The translations under genes were made by a program, and so were the position numbers. Positions 41,586-54,800 of a stretch of DNA of 64,000 nt are shown here, in pieces (within the stretch, counting starts at the first letter, position 1; every line of letters starts with the position of its first letter). The stretch is from Octopus vulgaris (taxonomy: Eukaryota): positions 83,080,001 to 83,144,000 of the forward strand of contig OX597820.1 of the NCBI GenBank assembly GCA_951406725.2, read 5' to 3'. A model generated the notes under the pieces. It worked only from the letters and a program-made list of their open reading frames with translations, did no database searches and was not told the origin of the DNA.

Positions 41586-41752
41586 AATATACAACGGGCT
41601 TCTTTCAGTTTCGTCTACCAAATCCTCTCACAAGGCTTTGGTCGGCCCGAGTCTTCTACTATAGTAGAAAACACTAGCCTTAAGTGCCACGCAGTGGAAC
41701 TGAACCCAGAACCATGTGGTTGGTAAGCAAACTACTTACCACTTCTACGCCT
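41266..41752 (-). mobile_element. Near full-length SINE family C with an internal (TA)n(TG)n tract
   Basis: tRNA-like head (ggtaagtagtttgcttaccaaccacatggttctgggttcagttccactgcgtggcac), internal microsatellite ~41490-41585, tail ending in gtaaagag repeats. Confidence 0.9.
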
Positions 41753-41914
41753 AAAGGAAAATATATATTATTCCACAATCATAAAATATATATAAATTAT
41801 AGAAAATATATATGAAAAAATATGAAAAATATAATAAATAAATATAGAAGAACATAAAACTATATGAATATGAAATATAAATCATAAACCTGAGTATAAA
41901 ATATAAGTATAAAG

Positions 41915-43545
41915 CTTATTCTTGCATCTCCATTTAGGATGAATAAAGACTTGTCAATACAAAGACAGACAAACTGTAGGGGTCGAATGATAAAACAACA
42001 TCAGATAAACATAAAAATAAATGAAACTGTATGTGAAAAATCGAATAGAATATCAGAAATGGAGCGAGGAACGTAGCCGATCGCACAAACCACATTCCAA
42101 CACTGAATGCCTGGTAATTATTTTTATGCTCTCGCTCAAGCAGGTTTATTCAGTCAGAACAAACTTGCTACAATCTTCGATCTTTTCCTGGACATGCCGT
42201 GTGACAGGTATCTCCTCTCCAGCATTATTTTTCTTTTCAGGTAGAAAAGATAAAAGTCAACCAAACTAAAGCTGGATATGAAGATGCCCGTCACGATCTC
42301 TTTCACCCGCGTCTTCCATACTACCTCCTTCGCTGTAGCTACTATACAGAGGAAACATGCTTGCTCTTTCCTATTCAGAGAAGAAGGCGGAATAATCTTA
42401 ATTATAGACTCGGATTACAGTTGTACATTTCTCAGTCATGACAGCAGTGGTTCGACATAAACCGAAAGTTCCGAAATATTCGGACATTGCACAATTGCAT
42501 GCATAATAGTTTCATCCTCCTGCCCGCATCTTGGACAAGTTGGCTAGTTTGAAGTACCATGCCTGTTGAGTTTACCCCAAACAGGCTGGCAAGTTGACCG
42601 TCATCGAAGCCTAGGGTTTCTCCCAGGGCGTCGTCACACTGGAACTCTACCAGGCCTTTATAGAATGATGATGTGGAAACTACTGGCATGCGTCTACACT
42701 AACTGGCAGTAGAATTGGATCATTACTAATTCTGTGAGCCAGTTGAATGTGACGCTGCTAAGAAGGGACCCAAACAAGGGTATTGTTCATCTGGGAGAGG
42801 ATCAAGATTGCCAAGCTCCAGACTTCGGTCTACGCTTAATTCATGGATTCAGTTCACTAAAAATGGTGAACCGCGGAAGCAACGGTCTGACGAACGGAGA
42901 TCACACCTGCTCACCGTCCAGGTAGAGCCAGAGATATCTTAGCCTCAGCGCATTTTTAGCTACAGCATCCATATCCCACCCTTTCGTGGTTGTTGACAAC
43001 AGATAGAGCACCTTACAAGAGGTCCCCTGCCCTTCCACTAAAAGTAGAAGAGCATACGTTCCAACTTGTTTAGCTACGAATCTGGGCAAGGCACTACGGT
43101 TTGTCGATAGGTAATTAAAAATGCGATAAACATACCTGCAAACTCCACCATCCCTTTCAAGTACAGCTTCCGCTCAGACTCGGTCTGAGTTAGGAGAGCC
43201 ACCCAGCTCGTAACCTCACTCCAGTTCTTCTCGATCTGGAGGTCTGAACCAAACCAGATCGCGAGCATTTTTACCAGTCCGTCCGTCCGACGTCCAACGA
43301 CGCAGTTGGGTGGCATCGACTTGCATCTCCAGGTACCGAGTTGCAAACTAACCGACTTATCCCGGTTAATTTTTGCTTCTGCTTTATGGACTTACCTACC
43401 CACTATAGATGTCCAACCCGGGATACAATGACACTGATGTCGTCCGCATACGTCGAAACCGATTTTCCACACTCTAGATCTTGCGGGAATCCTCTCATAG
43501 CCTCCAATTTCCGCAGCAGTTGGTTAGCTATGTTTGTGTCCCAAA
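41915..43545 (-). mobile_element. Tx1/L1-group non-LTR retrotransposon, degenerate 3' part (RT to 3' UTR)
   Basis: LLRKLEA...STYADDISVIVS, VKMLAIWFGSDLQIEKNW...RKLYLKG...ITYRQTVVPCP, ALRLRYLWLYLDGEQV; many frameshifts. Confidence 0.85.
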
Positions 43546-43724
43546 GGGGAAAATACCATATGTAATTAGATTGAGGGTATTTGAACATTTTAAACCGTAC
43601 GTAATTGGTTCAAATATATGTAAGCTTTGGTTGGACGAAGGGGCGCACATTTTGTTTAGATCTAAGATCCCCAGCGTGATATTTAACAGAAACTTTCAGC
43701 GGATGCAAGCATATGCATAAATAT

Positions 43725-44165
43725 CTGCTAAGGAATTTATGGCTAACACTTTATCATATGCATTCAGCTCAGACTTCTGGACTGCTCAAAGTCTTCTACA
43801 ACATTCCTACCTAACCTTCTCCTTCATGCTTGCATGCTGGATACCAGAGCTTTCATTTATTCCTAGGTATTTATAGGTTTGTTCCTGCTCAAGTGCATTT
43901 ATTACTGTTTAGACATCTAATTCGATTGAACTTGGTTTTACCGTTTTCCCTTTCTTAAAAGTGGCTTTGGCACACTTTTCAAGTCCAAACTTCATCCCGA
44001 TATCATCACTGAATCCTTTCACAGAATGTAGTAGTACTTCAAGCTCTTCATCTTTGCCATATAGTTTTAAATCTTCCATATAAAATAGATGTCTTGTTTT
44101 CCTGTTGTAAATTTTGTAGCCATACGCTGTTCTATTCTTTTCGCTTGAGAGTGATAGTATTGCTT
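43725..44165 (-). mobile_element. Dong/R4-type LINE, RT fragment
   Basis: HLFYMEDLKLYGK, VKGFSDDIGMKFGLEKCAK, QTYKYLGINE, SELNAYDKVLAINSLA. Confidence 0.85.
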
Positions 44166-45195
44166 ATTCTTGTTTTTGTTGTTGTTAATCAGTAGTCTTA
44201 TTTTTATCACTTGCTTTTATCACTGCACTAACGAGTGCAGCTCCATGTCCCTTGGGTATGTGTTATGGTTTGCTGTGATGCTCTTATTTTTACTGTATTG
44301 AAACGGTTTTTATCTAAGATGTGTGGGGTGCCTAGTAGTACTATTTTCTGTATGTTATATATCTGTCAGTCCTTATGTCTTTGTTATGTATTTGTTTGAA
44401 TATATTCTTATACCTACTGCACCCATCATCATGGGAATTCTTTCTGTTTTTAGACTCCACATCCGAATTACCTCCATTTCCAGATCTTCTATTTCGAAAG
44501 TTTCTCCGTTTCTTTTAGAGAAATATTATCATATGTTGGTATTAAAACATCGATTAGAAAGCATATTTGTCCTGGTGTTCTCTTGGTGACAACTAGATCC
44601 GACCAATTAGCCTTAATTTCTTTATCTGCATGTATTGGCATATACCATAGTATTGTTGCTTTCAGGTTTTCTGCGACATCTTCTGGTGTGTGAGTATACC
44701 ATCTTTTTTCTATTGTTATTCAATAGTGTTGGCAAAGCTTCCAGTGTTTATAGGTCCTATCACTGTCATGTCTGTAAATATATTCCCTCTTAAGAAGGAT
44801 TGGAGAGCCAGAGACAATATGATTTATTGCTTCTTCTCCCTCTCCACATATTCTGCAGTTACTTGTATTTCTTTCATTACATATTTTTGATAATTTCTTG
44901 TGCGAAGGCTTTAATCTTGTGCTGCAATTAAAATTTCTTCAGTATCTGCTTTGAGTCCTGTGCTTCTCAGCCCTCGATGGGATTTTGCTTTGTCTATTTC
45001 TTTTCTGTTTATTTTAACCCAGTATTTGCTATGAATGGGGCTTTTCTTGCCACCATTTTATCATGATACATTGCTGTTGCAGTTTTAGTTTGGATTTCAG
45101 CTGTTTTAAATTTTTTGTTGTCTCTTCTTTTTGTTCATAGTTGTTAGGTACTATGGCTTCTTTTTTTTGTATTTGTCAGCTTTCTTATCATTGGA
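44166..45195 (-). mobile_element. Dong/R4-type LINE 3' part: zinc knuckle, restriction-like endonuclease, 3' UTR and (AAC)n tail
   Basis: GLKADTEEILIAAQD, CRICGEGEEAINHIVSG, EYIYRHD, ATILWYMPIHADKEIKAN, CFLIDVLIP, KETEKLSK, QKIVLLGTPHIL. Confidence 0.88.
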
Positions 45196-45214
45196 TCACC
45201 AACACAAATTAGTT

Positions 45215-45645
45215 TAAATAGGTAAACCTTCTTCATTGAAAAATATAAGCCAAAACGTAACCATTTCTAGCATTTGAAAATAAGGAAACTTACCTCATTG
45301 AACAATATAAACCAAAACTTAACTACTTCTAACACTCTATTCTATGAAAACAAAATCATGTTAACAAAACCTAATCATTCTGAACATTTTTATTATCTCC
45401 CTTATACCGAAAATATCCCTGATTATCTCCCCCTGTTTGAAACTCTTCTACACCACACCATAACGAAAAGATGACAGAATATCGGTAAGGAAATTTGAGA
45501 AACTTGAAAAGAAAACACGAAACCGGTTATTTTCTCGAGAAACAATGTCACTATATACACAATTTTATAACATTTTCCTAACATGACGATGTTAGTATAT
45601 TTTAACCACATAATACAAGTCTTCTGTAGATTTTTCTTTCTATAC
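45215..45645 (+). mobile_element. Penelope-like element 3' end: duplicated GIY-YIG C-terminus followed by pLTR with hammerhead
   Basis: TFFIEKYKPKRNHF* then FENKETYLIEQYKPKLNYF* (E..I..KP.LN motif); HHR 45495-45538 ttgagaaac-TTGAAAA-gaaaacac-GAA-accggt-T-attttctcga. Confidence 0.75.
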
Positions 45646-45772
45646 AAACACGAGTGTACAAATATAAGTATATGTTTACATTATTTTATGCCGTAAACAT
45701 ACATTTTCTTTTCTTTTCTTTTATTCATTATATTACTTTACTCGCAATTATTATTACTACTACTAGTATTAC

Positions 45773-45830
<58 letters not shown>

Positions 45831-46273
45831 ATTGGATTGAAAGAAAAGGAATAATTTTAACGCACGCACACACTCATACATACATATTCATATACACATA
45901 GTAAACATGACTGTATATTCTGTGTATTCCTAGAGTATCCTAATGTAATCCTTATTGTCCTCTGCAAACACTGATGATTTCCTTTACAATGTATTTAAAC
46001 TGCAAATTTATATATTGATATATATTTTCTAATTATAGTTTTGTTTGTGAAATGAAATTGTTGGGGAATATTTTGATTAATTATATCTGAATAAATGAAT
46101 TTGTATTCATTGGATCTCAACTGTTTTCTAACTCATTAAAAATGTTTGATATTTTACCATATTCTATATAAGATATTCATTGAGAAATTATCTCTTCAAT
46201 ATTTAATATATTAAACCAGTGCATCTTGGATGAATATCCCTATACGAGGTTTAAATATCCTCATTGTGACTAT

Positions 46274-46366
<93 letters not shown>

Positions 46367-46417
46367 AGAAATATGTTACAAAAAGAAAATAGAAACTGCA
46401 CGTGGAAATATAAGGGG

Positions 46418-46484
46418 AAAGTACGAAAATACTGATCACTGTACGAAATCAGTGATCAGTAATTTTACGAAACCGGTATGCTTT
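46418..46484 (+). repeat. 12-bp perfect hairpin followed by GAAACCGGTA (hammerhead 3' half, core deleted)
   Basis: tactgatcactg/cagtgatcagta; ac-GAA-accggt-A-tgcttt, with aaagta upstream able to pair. Confidence 0.55.
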
Positions 46485-46669
46485 TGAATATCTCAAACAA
46501 TTCACAATAATAACTATCTATTACTTTTATTCCTACCTCAGTTCATCTAATTGTGTATATGCATCGTTAGTTTTCATAAAAAGCCATGACTTTTTTTGAT
46601 TCCCAATGTGCATTTTCGCTTATTTTTTCTTCTTACTTATCCCCTATATATATACATACATACATACAC

Positions 46670-46735
<66 letters not shown>

Positions 46736-46740
46736 ATGTC

Positions 46741-46900
46741 TACAACAGGCTTCTTTCTGTTTCCGTCTACGAAATGCACTCAAAATGCTTTGGTGGACTA
46801 GAGGCTATAGAAGATGACATTTGCGCAAGGTGCCATGCAGTAGAACGGAACCCTCAATCATGTGGTTTGGAAATAAGCTTCCTACCAAACAGCTACGCCA
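46741..46900 (-). mobile_element. SINE family C, 5' half
   Basis: ggcttctttctgtttccgtctac..aggtgccatgcagtag..tgtggtttggaaataagcttcctacc. Confidence 0.8.
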
Positions 46901-46932
46901 CACATATGTGAGTCTGTCTGTCTGTCTGTATG

Positions 46933-46985
<53 letters not shown>

Positions 46986-48660
46986 GCATACACACACATA
47001 TATATGCATACATATATATACATACATATATATGAATGTAAGCATGTATAAATTTATAAATAGAATGATTTACGCCGTCATAACAGCCATTACATCAAAC
47101 AGCGATCATATTACGATATATGGCTTTCTATTCGGTATTCAAACGAAATACCAAAATAAAAACCGAGAGAATGTGTTAGATATTATTTCATATGTTATAA
47201 CACTATCAAATTTAACTGCATCATATGTAACTGCATTCTGTTCGATTTCTTTGTCAGTTCTTCACTTACATTGCTGCTGTTTTGTTAACTGGGAGGGATT
47301 TTGTGGTGTACATGCAAAGGAACTAAGAATTACATATATACATATACATATATACGCACACACACACACACATATATAGATATGTACACACACATACACA
47401 AACATGCACCAGTGTAAGGATGAAACTGATTGTTAAGTCTTATAGAGAAATAGTAAGAAAAAGAAAGTGTTAGGCTGTTAGAGAGTGTGTGCTTTTGAGA
47501 CAAATAGGCAGAAAAATATGGAGAAATCGAAGAGAAGAGAGCGAGAGAATACTGTGTTTTGAAGATGTCAGTTAGCGTAGAAAATATCCCTCTTCTAGCA
47601 AAATCTTGACATGTTGTCAGCTGACGTAAATCTATTGCGTTTGTTGGTCATTTGATAATCAGATCACATAGACCTGACATACCTGACAAAATTCCAAATC
47701 GTTCCTCGAGGAATTCATCTTCTACTATTCACTATTTACTATAAAACTTCTACATCTCTTGCGTATGTATGAAGAAGCATTACACATGTATGAAGAAGCA
47801 ATGCGCATATACGTACACAAACGTTCGCATACGCACACGTCGTCAGACGCACATGCCTGAGCGCAAACGCATATATGATTGTTAATATAGTGTGCTTGGT
47901 AAGCCTAGGTCAAAGAAAGAATGAATTCCATACGTTTGCATTAAATTCATTTTTATTTTCTTGTGGTTAGTAGAACCCAGTTGCACATTCTAACTAGTTG
48001 TTTCATTTCTCGTCGGATATTGTAGCAGACACAGGGCCAAATTTTTTTTTCTGTCCTACTACTGTACTCTACAGACCAATTAATTTCTAAAGTTTATATT
48101 TGAATAAATAATTGGTAAAACTAATCGCAATTATAGAAATCAATTTAGGTGCTTAATTAGAACACAAACACTATTAGGCTCAAAGCCTAGATGTTAAAGT
48201 ATCCCCGATATTAAAGAATAAGTATGTTTCAACTACAGTCAAAGCTTATATTTTCCTGATTAGAGTTTTACATCAGAGACGATTATACGCGATATGACTT
48301 TACCATGAAGATCTTATAATTTTGTTGATAATTTTAATGATGACAATATTACTTGCTCTTAATTTGGAATCAATCTAACGCACCTTTTAATGTTAAAGGA
48401 TGAGTAACATTGATGATTTAAAGTCTTGGAGTTGCAGAATATGCTCTTCTGAGCTCGCTAGACAGTCTTCAAGGAATTCGTCTGCTGATATTTCCGATAC
48501 AGTGGACACTGGGTAAATTTTACACTCCTTTTACAACATAGAATGACAGCAAATCTGAGAAGGAGAATTAGACAAGATGGCTATTTTGGCAAATCACTTG
48601 ATTGCTATATTGGTGAGCGAACCCGAAGCGCTGACATCAAAGCAGACCTGCGCAGATATA

Positions 48661-49869
48661 CAAGGTTTGGACAAAATAGTGAAAACACTTAGCATCATAG
48701 CATCATAATTTTGAAATATCTAGAAAACCGTCAAAAGCTTGTTTATTTATGTTTTTTATTTATTATTAGTGTTGCTTAATATGTTTTGCTAAAATTGCTG
48801 TTTATTTTCAGATATCATAAGAAAAAGGTCATTACAATTCATTAAAATTACAGATCTATCGGACTTTCAAAGAAGTCAAATTGCTGGTGCTTGTATGACA
48901 GGCGCTAGCATAACGAAAACAGACGAAATGTTTGGTGTATCAAGAAGTACTGTCTTGAAAGTAATGACAGCCTTTGAGAAAGAGGGAAAATACCTCTTCT
49001 TCGAAACAAAACTCCGGAAGAAAACCAAAACTTTCAGATAGAGACCATCGGACTCTTACACGAATTGTTAGAAAGGATCACAAAAGTATAACTCCCAAAG
49101 TACTGCAGAGCTTAATGAACACACCGAGAACCCAATTTCCACAAAAACTGTTCACCGTGACATGCACAAAGCCGAATTTCACGGGAGGGTTGAAATCAGA
49201 AAACCACTACTTTCAAAATAAATGCCGCAAAGCGTTTAGAGTGGAGTAAAAACCTCCAGACTTGGTCCCTAGAGCAGTGGAAGAATGTTATTTTCTCGGA
49301 CGAGTCATCCTTTACCTTATTTCTGACCACCAGCCGAGTATACATGCGGAGACATGTAAAAGAATCATCTGACCCAGACTACCTTCTTCCAACCGTTATA
49401 TATGGAGGAAGATCTGTGATGATCTCGGGGGCTATATCTTGGAAATCCGCCCGCCCAATAGTTTACCTTCATGGCAGAATTAATAGTCAAGACAATTTAA
49501 GTCTTTTATCTGATCAAATTCTTCCTATGGTTGTGGAACTGTTTTCGGAGGGAAACGCAATCCTTCAGGATGATAATGTACCAATTCACACAGCTAAAAT
49601 TATTACTGAATGGTACGAGGAACATTCTAGTGAAGTTGAATATCTTATCTTGCCATAACAGTCCCTAGATCTCAATATTATTGAATATTTATGGTACATT
49701 TTAGAAAACAAGTAAGACGTCGATATCCTCTACCATGATTAATACAAGAACTGGTGACTGGACAAAATTTCCTTTGGAAATAATTCAATCTTTCTAGGCG
49801 GTCCTACCCCATATTAAAATTAATTTGTTTGAAATTTTAAGGTGTTTCCATTATTTTGTCGAAACCCTG
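48661..49869 (+). mobile_element. Tc1-family (DD34E-type) transposon with both TIRs and TA flanks; transposase pseudogene ~48847-49810
   Basis: TA-caaggtttggacaaaatagtgaaaacactt ... aaggtgtttccattattttgtcgaaaccctg-TA; TDLSDFQRSQIAGA, SGRKPKLS, FSDESSF, LQDDNVPIH, SLDLNIIE; start codon and frame broken. Confidence 0.95.
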
Positions 49870-50308
49870 TAATTATATTGAGAGTATAATGTAAGTATGT
49901 ATGAGAATATGTATCTAATATTTATATTTTCTGTTTAAATGCTGTTGGGAAATTCAAGACGTTTTATATAAAATAAAATCAAAATACTAAAAGAGTAGAA
50001 AAGATTGATTTTAGTTTTATAAGATAGAGGCATCTGCTATTTCTCTGTCATGTAATCAGAAAGACGGCATCCATTGAATCGATAGATGCTTGAATCCAAC
50101 CTCACAGCAGAACTATTTATGTTTTTGTCTGAAATTCACACTTAACAATATCTTCATAGTCATTCTGCATAGGAATGCACAGGCAACTCTACAGTCCCCA
50201 GAAGGAATACATCCCATAAAGTCGGGTATCTAGGTATATGTATATACTCTCATATATACATATACATACTGACACATGCATACATACATACATACATACA
50301 TACATACA

Positions 50309-50342
<34 letters not shown>

Positions 50343-51073
50343 CATACATATGTATATATGTGTGTATGCATGTATGTATGTATATATTGCCCTTTATCCT
50401 CACTAAACACCTAAGGAAGCGTTATTCTCAAAAGTTTAGCTAATTCATTCGTGTAATAATTTTAAGAACAGAAAAAAAATTCTTACGTGTCATGACAATC
50501 ACAATGTTTCTTTTGCCTGGTGAGACAACAGCTGCACGTATCGCAAGAAACCTTGTTATTCATTTCAAGAAACTTTCCTAGTTTGAAAGACATTTCGAAA
50601 CAGCGATTCTGTTAATGTTTTTTCTACCAATTCTGTTTTAAATGCCAGTTTAGACGAAAGAAGACAGAGAATATTCAACACACTGGGCACTTATTGCTAA
50701 CCTTGCATGAGCATCCTGCCTGTATGTGGGGTCTATGGGTGTTTACTAAAATTTTCCACGCTGGGTACACAGCTGAAAAAGACGCCTCAGTTGTGTCTAT
50801 TAAAAAAATAGTGCGTACGCATGGGATTGCATGAAGTGCTTCTCCCCTAATCTAATAAATATTCTGGACACGTGATGGATTGAGTGAGAAGGGTGGCTTC
50901 ATGGTAGGTTTTTCTTTTATGGCATTTCGGCTCCGGCATAAAAGAGACGCAAGCCTTAAACACTCACGCTGCCAAAGACTCGTTGTAGGTTGGGAGTTTG
51001 TGTGCTGAAGCATATTTTCTTGCGTCTGGGGAGAGCCATTCTCTTTTGTTGCCATATTATTTAAAACACTCAC

Positions 51074-51403
51074 CGGTAAAGTTTCCACTCATTTATTTAT
51101 TTATTTTTCCTAAAATATTCAATAGTCCTTGACTCAGTCCGTTATCCTAGCTTCGTTAAATTTGTTTGTTTCTGCGCATGTATGCGGGTCAGTATGTGTG
51201 TGCGCATACACATGTATGTATGTATGTATGTATGTATGTATGTATGTATGTATGTATGTATGAGTGTATGTGTGTGTATGTATGTATGTATGTAAGCATG
51301 CATGCATATATATATATATATAATGATATGTATGCGTACGTTTGTATGTACGTATTCTGCATATTCATGTGTATGTATGTTTTTCATGTTTATGTGTTTT
51401 TAC

Positions 51404-51444
<41 letters not shown>

Positions 51445-51871
51445 TACCTTTGTGTGTGCATGCCTGAGTGTGTCCGTATGTGTGTTTGTGTGTGTGTTTG
51501 TGTGTGTGTTTGTGTGTATGCTTGTGTGTATGGGTTTTGTGACTATGTGCTTTGTCTGTATGTATAGATATGTGTCCCCATATGTGTCCTTGTGTAAAGT
51601 GAAGTGTGTGTGTATATGGTCATGTGTTTCAGTATTCATTTGCGTATGTGTGTCTATGCGTGCAGACAGAAAAAACAAGCACACATACACACATATGTGC
51701 ATACATACATGCATGTTTATGCGCACACACACTGACCCACATACATGCGCAGAAACAAACAAAAGGAACGCAGCCCAGACAACGGACAGAGTCAACAACT
51801 ATTGAAAAGGTTGCTAGACGCAACGAAAATTTTAGGAAAAATAAATAAGTAAAGGAGTGGAAAATTTACCG
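51074..51871. mobile_element. Fold-back element (arms ~51074-51222 and ~51700-51871) enclosing a TG-rich microsatellite
   Basis: cggtaaagtttccactc / gagtggaaaatttaccg; tttgtttgtttctgcgcatgtatg / catacatgcgcagaaacaaacaaa. Confidence 0.85.
51799..51835 (+). ncRNA. Minimal hammerhead motif, UUGAAAA core
   Basis: cta-TTGAAAA-g-gttgc.tagac.gcaac-GAA-aatt-T-tag. Confidence 0.7.
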
Positions 51872-54800
51872 ATGTAACATTTAAGTTACAATATATGGAT
51901 GAAAGCTCCTTGGTGTATCATTCTACAGAATATATAGAATATATAGTATGATATAACAGAAAACGTTAAGGACAGTATAATGTGATAAATGATAGAGAAA
52001 TAGATTAATGAAATTTTATTTGACTATAAAAATATTCATGACAAATATAAGAAAATATCATGACAATTTGCTTCGCAACTTAAAATCATGTAAATAATTT
52101 ATATTATATTTAATAATGAATAAATTACTTGCATGCCTGCATTAATGAAAAATGCAAAATGTCCTTTAAAATAATGCAGAATTTAAGATACGTCCTCTGC
52201 TACGAGATAGCCCCCAGAGAACACAGTAGACATGACTAAATCGTTGTTCTCATCCATTTCTGCATACTTAATGTTTGTCACACGTTTCTGTAACACTGGT
52301 AAACCATGGAATAAATGTGATACCATCTCCTCCATCAACATTTGCTATATATATATGTGTGTATGTGCGTGCGTGTGAGTGTGTGTCTGTGTAACACCAC
52401 TTACTGACTTACGTTACTACATGTGAGATTAATGGTGTTTATTAAACTGTATGCAGGAACTGACCACCCGTGGGTTCATAGCTGATATAATCAGAAGCTG
52501 TGTGATAAAATATTAAAACAACAAAAGCACTACAAACAAATATACCTACTCCCACTCACTGTTAGCGTCTGTGATATATCAAGCCATATATAAACGGACG
52601 TTAGTGCTATTCCTTCCAACTACTGAATAAGATTATAGAATTGACACATTAGCTTTTTAAAGCGGATTGTTCAGCTTGACAGGTGACCTTAATCAGAATA
52701 ACTGAATACGGGAAAATGGCGGTTTTCATTGAATTGAATATCGAACGGAAGATAGACGTTACGATTGGTTAATTTATCGGTTTAATGTCCATTTGTGTTT
52801 AGAGTATCGACTTTCTTTTATCCTCCAATTTATATGATAGACGGTATTGTCTTTGAGTTATACAACATTATCTTTTAATTATTCATTATAAGGTGTGATC
52901 GTTGACTGAAGTAAAAATCGGTGCACCAAAATTAAATCTCACTACTCTGCTGGAATGTTTTGTTTTCTCCGCATCGTCTGCTTTATTGATTCCGCCATTT
53001 CAGCAGCGTTCTTCTGACTTGCTAATACAGTTAGTTCACTCTACTTGTTTCTCACATAAAATTTTACAGATATCTAAGTTCATATTTTATAATCTTATAT
53101 CAAATTACAAAATAAATGAATAAAACGCCGATTTTCATGTAATTCATCTTCCGACGTTTACTCATCCATCCATTACTCTTTGTTGTTTAAGGGCCACATA
53201 ACCGAGTTTAAAATTATATTGCCTATTGATGGTGCTTCAGATCATGTCTCCCGGTTTATTGTATGCGAACTATTCAACTGTAGATAATTTCACCAGGATC
53301 ATATACTGCATATTCTTGAATATATTGGCAGTCATTCGCTTGTTATAGTAGAGATAATAAATGCAATTTTGCTGTTGTTAAATGTCATACCTTCCCTGAC
53401 TGTAAATAGACCTATGATCAAATACACTCGACTTGTAGGAATGATGCTTTTTATTCATATACAGGATACATACGATGATATATACTGAGTAGGTCCTTTC
53501 TCTTGTAACATGACAAATTTGGATTTGAATACTGTGTGGTGTTAAATTGCTTCAATGTCAGTTTGGTGGGTGGTATTGTAAATTTAGAATGTTTGTCTTC
53601 CCTGAAAGCGGTTACGCTGGATATTATTCTTGATGTCTTTGATTTAAAAGACTGAGAGAAATATTTCGTTTTGAATATATATATGTATATAGGTGTATGT
53701 GTGTGTGTGTGTATGTGTGTGTGTGTGTGTGTGTGAGTGTGTATGTGTGTGTGTGTGTCAGTGTATTTGTTGATGTATTGCCATAATGAATTACATTGTC
53801 AAATGTTAAGCTTCAAATACAAATCTTTTGCTGGTTTTCCCTCAACTATATTGTTAACCCAAATATCACAGCCATCATCCACCGGATCTCACTTGTTTTA
53901 ACAAAATACTGCAGGTAACATAAACGAACGCTGTAAGAAGAAAGGAAGTCTTGTCAACATAGCATTTCATTTATCCTGGTGGTAAATCATCATGGTAATT
54001 TTTTCTTAATATTTTCCTCGATATAATTTAAATGGTGTACTCAGGGGACTTTATTTTAGAAAAAAGAATACAAAACCGTATGCAAGACTGCTGATGAGCC
54101 TGGTAATTGAAAGGTCACGAATATCACAGAGTGCTTGCAAATTGGGCTTTGCTGTAAAGTACACGGTGAGTTGGAGGTTATCTTTGCAGAGATATTGCTC
54201 ACAGACGCATTTATACATTCTGAGGTCCAGAGGAGTGCTGGGAGGTACCAGTTAATTGAAACCTTTATGTTTCTGAGATTGGTTTAGAGAATATAACCTG
54301 GACAGAAGACATCAATAGTCGAGAGGTTTTGCTTACTGGAGAAGAACTTGATATATAGAACTTCCTTTGTAAAATTTGGTAAGTGTGAAAAAAGAGGAGG
54401 GTAAATAGACCAGTGAATTTAATTCTGGCTTTGACTTCCTGGGAAGATACACACTGAGAAAGTGCAGCTATAGGAAAGGAGAGCTCTCTACACTGTAATA
54501 TCAATTTACACGATATTTGTAGCCCGGGAAAAATGGGGCCTAGCTGCAACATATATAATGAAAATACTTTAGAGGAATCATAATCGAATGTCCGATACGC
54601 AATCAGAATAACCCGACGTCTATTGTTTGCTCTAATACTTTCTACGGTATATTGAATCAGATGTCATTATGCATGTTCTAACAGTGTAAATGTATAACTT
54701 TATATACATATATATGTGTGAGTGCCTGTGTACATGTATATGTATAGGTGTGTGGATTGTTCATGTATGCTTATATTGAAAATATTGGAGGATTAGGCAT

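Noticed and set aside
53150-53450. Possible LINE AP-endonuclease remnant (NTLDL-like)
   Set aside because: Too degenerate to call
54085-54360. CTGATGA motif and Tigger-like C-terminal peptide (EIGLENITWTEDINSREVLLTGEEL)
   Set aside because: No pairable HHR helices; transposase similarity is weak and no TIRs were found
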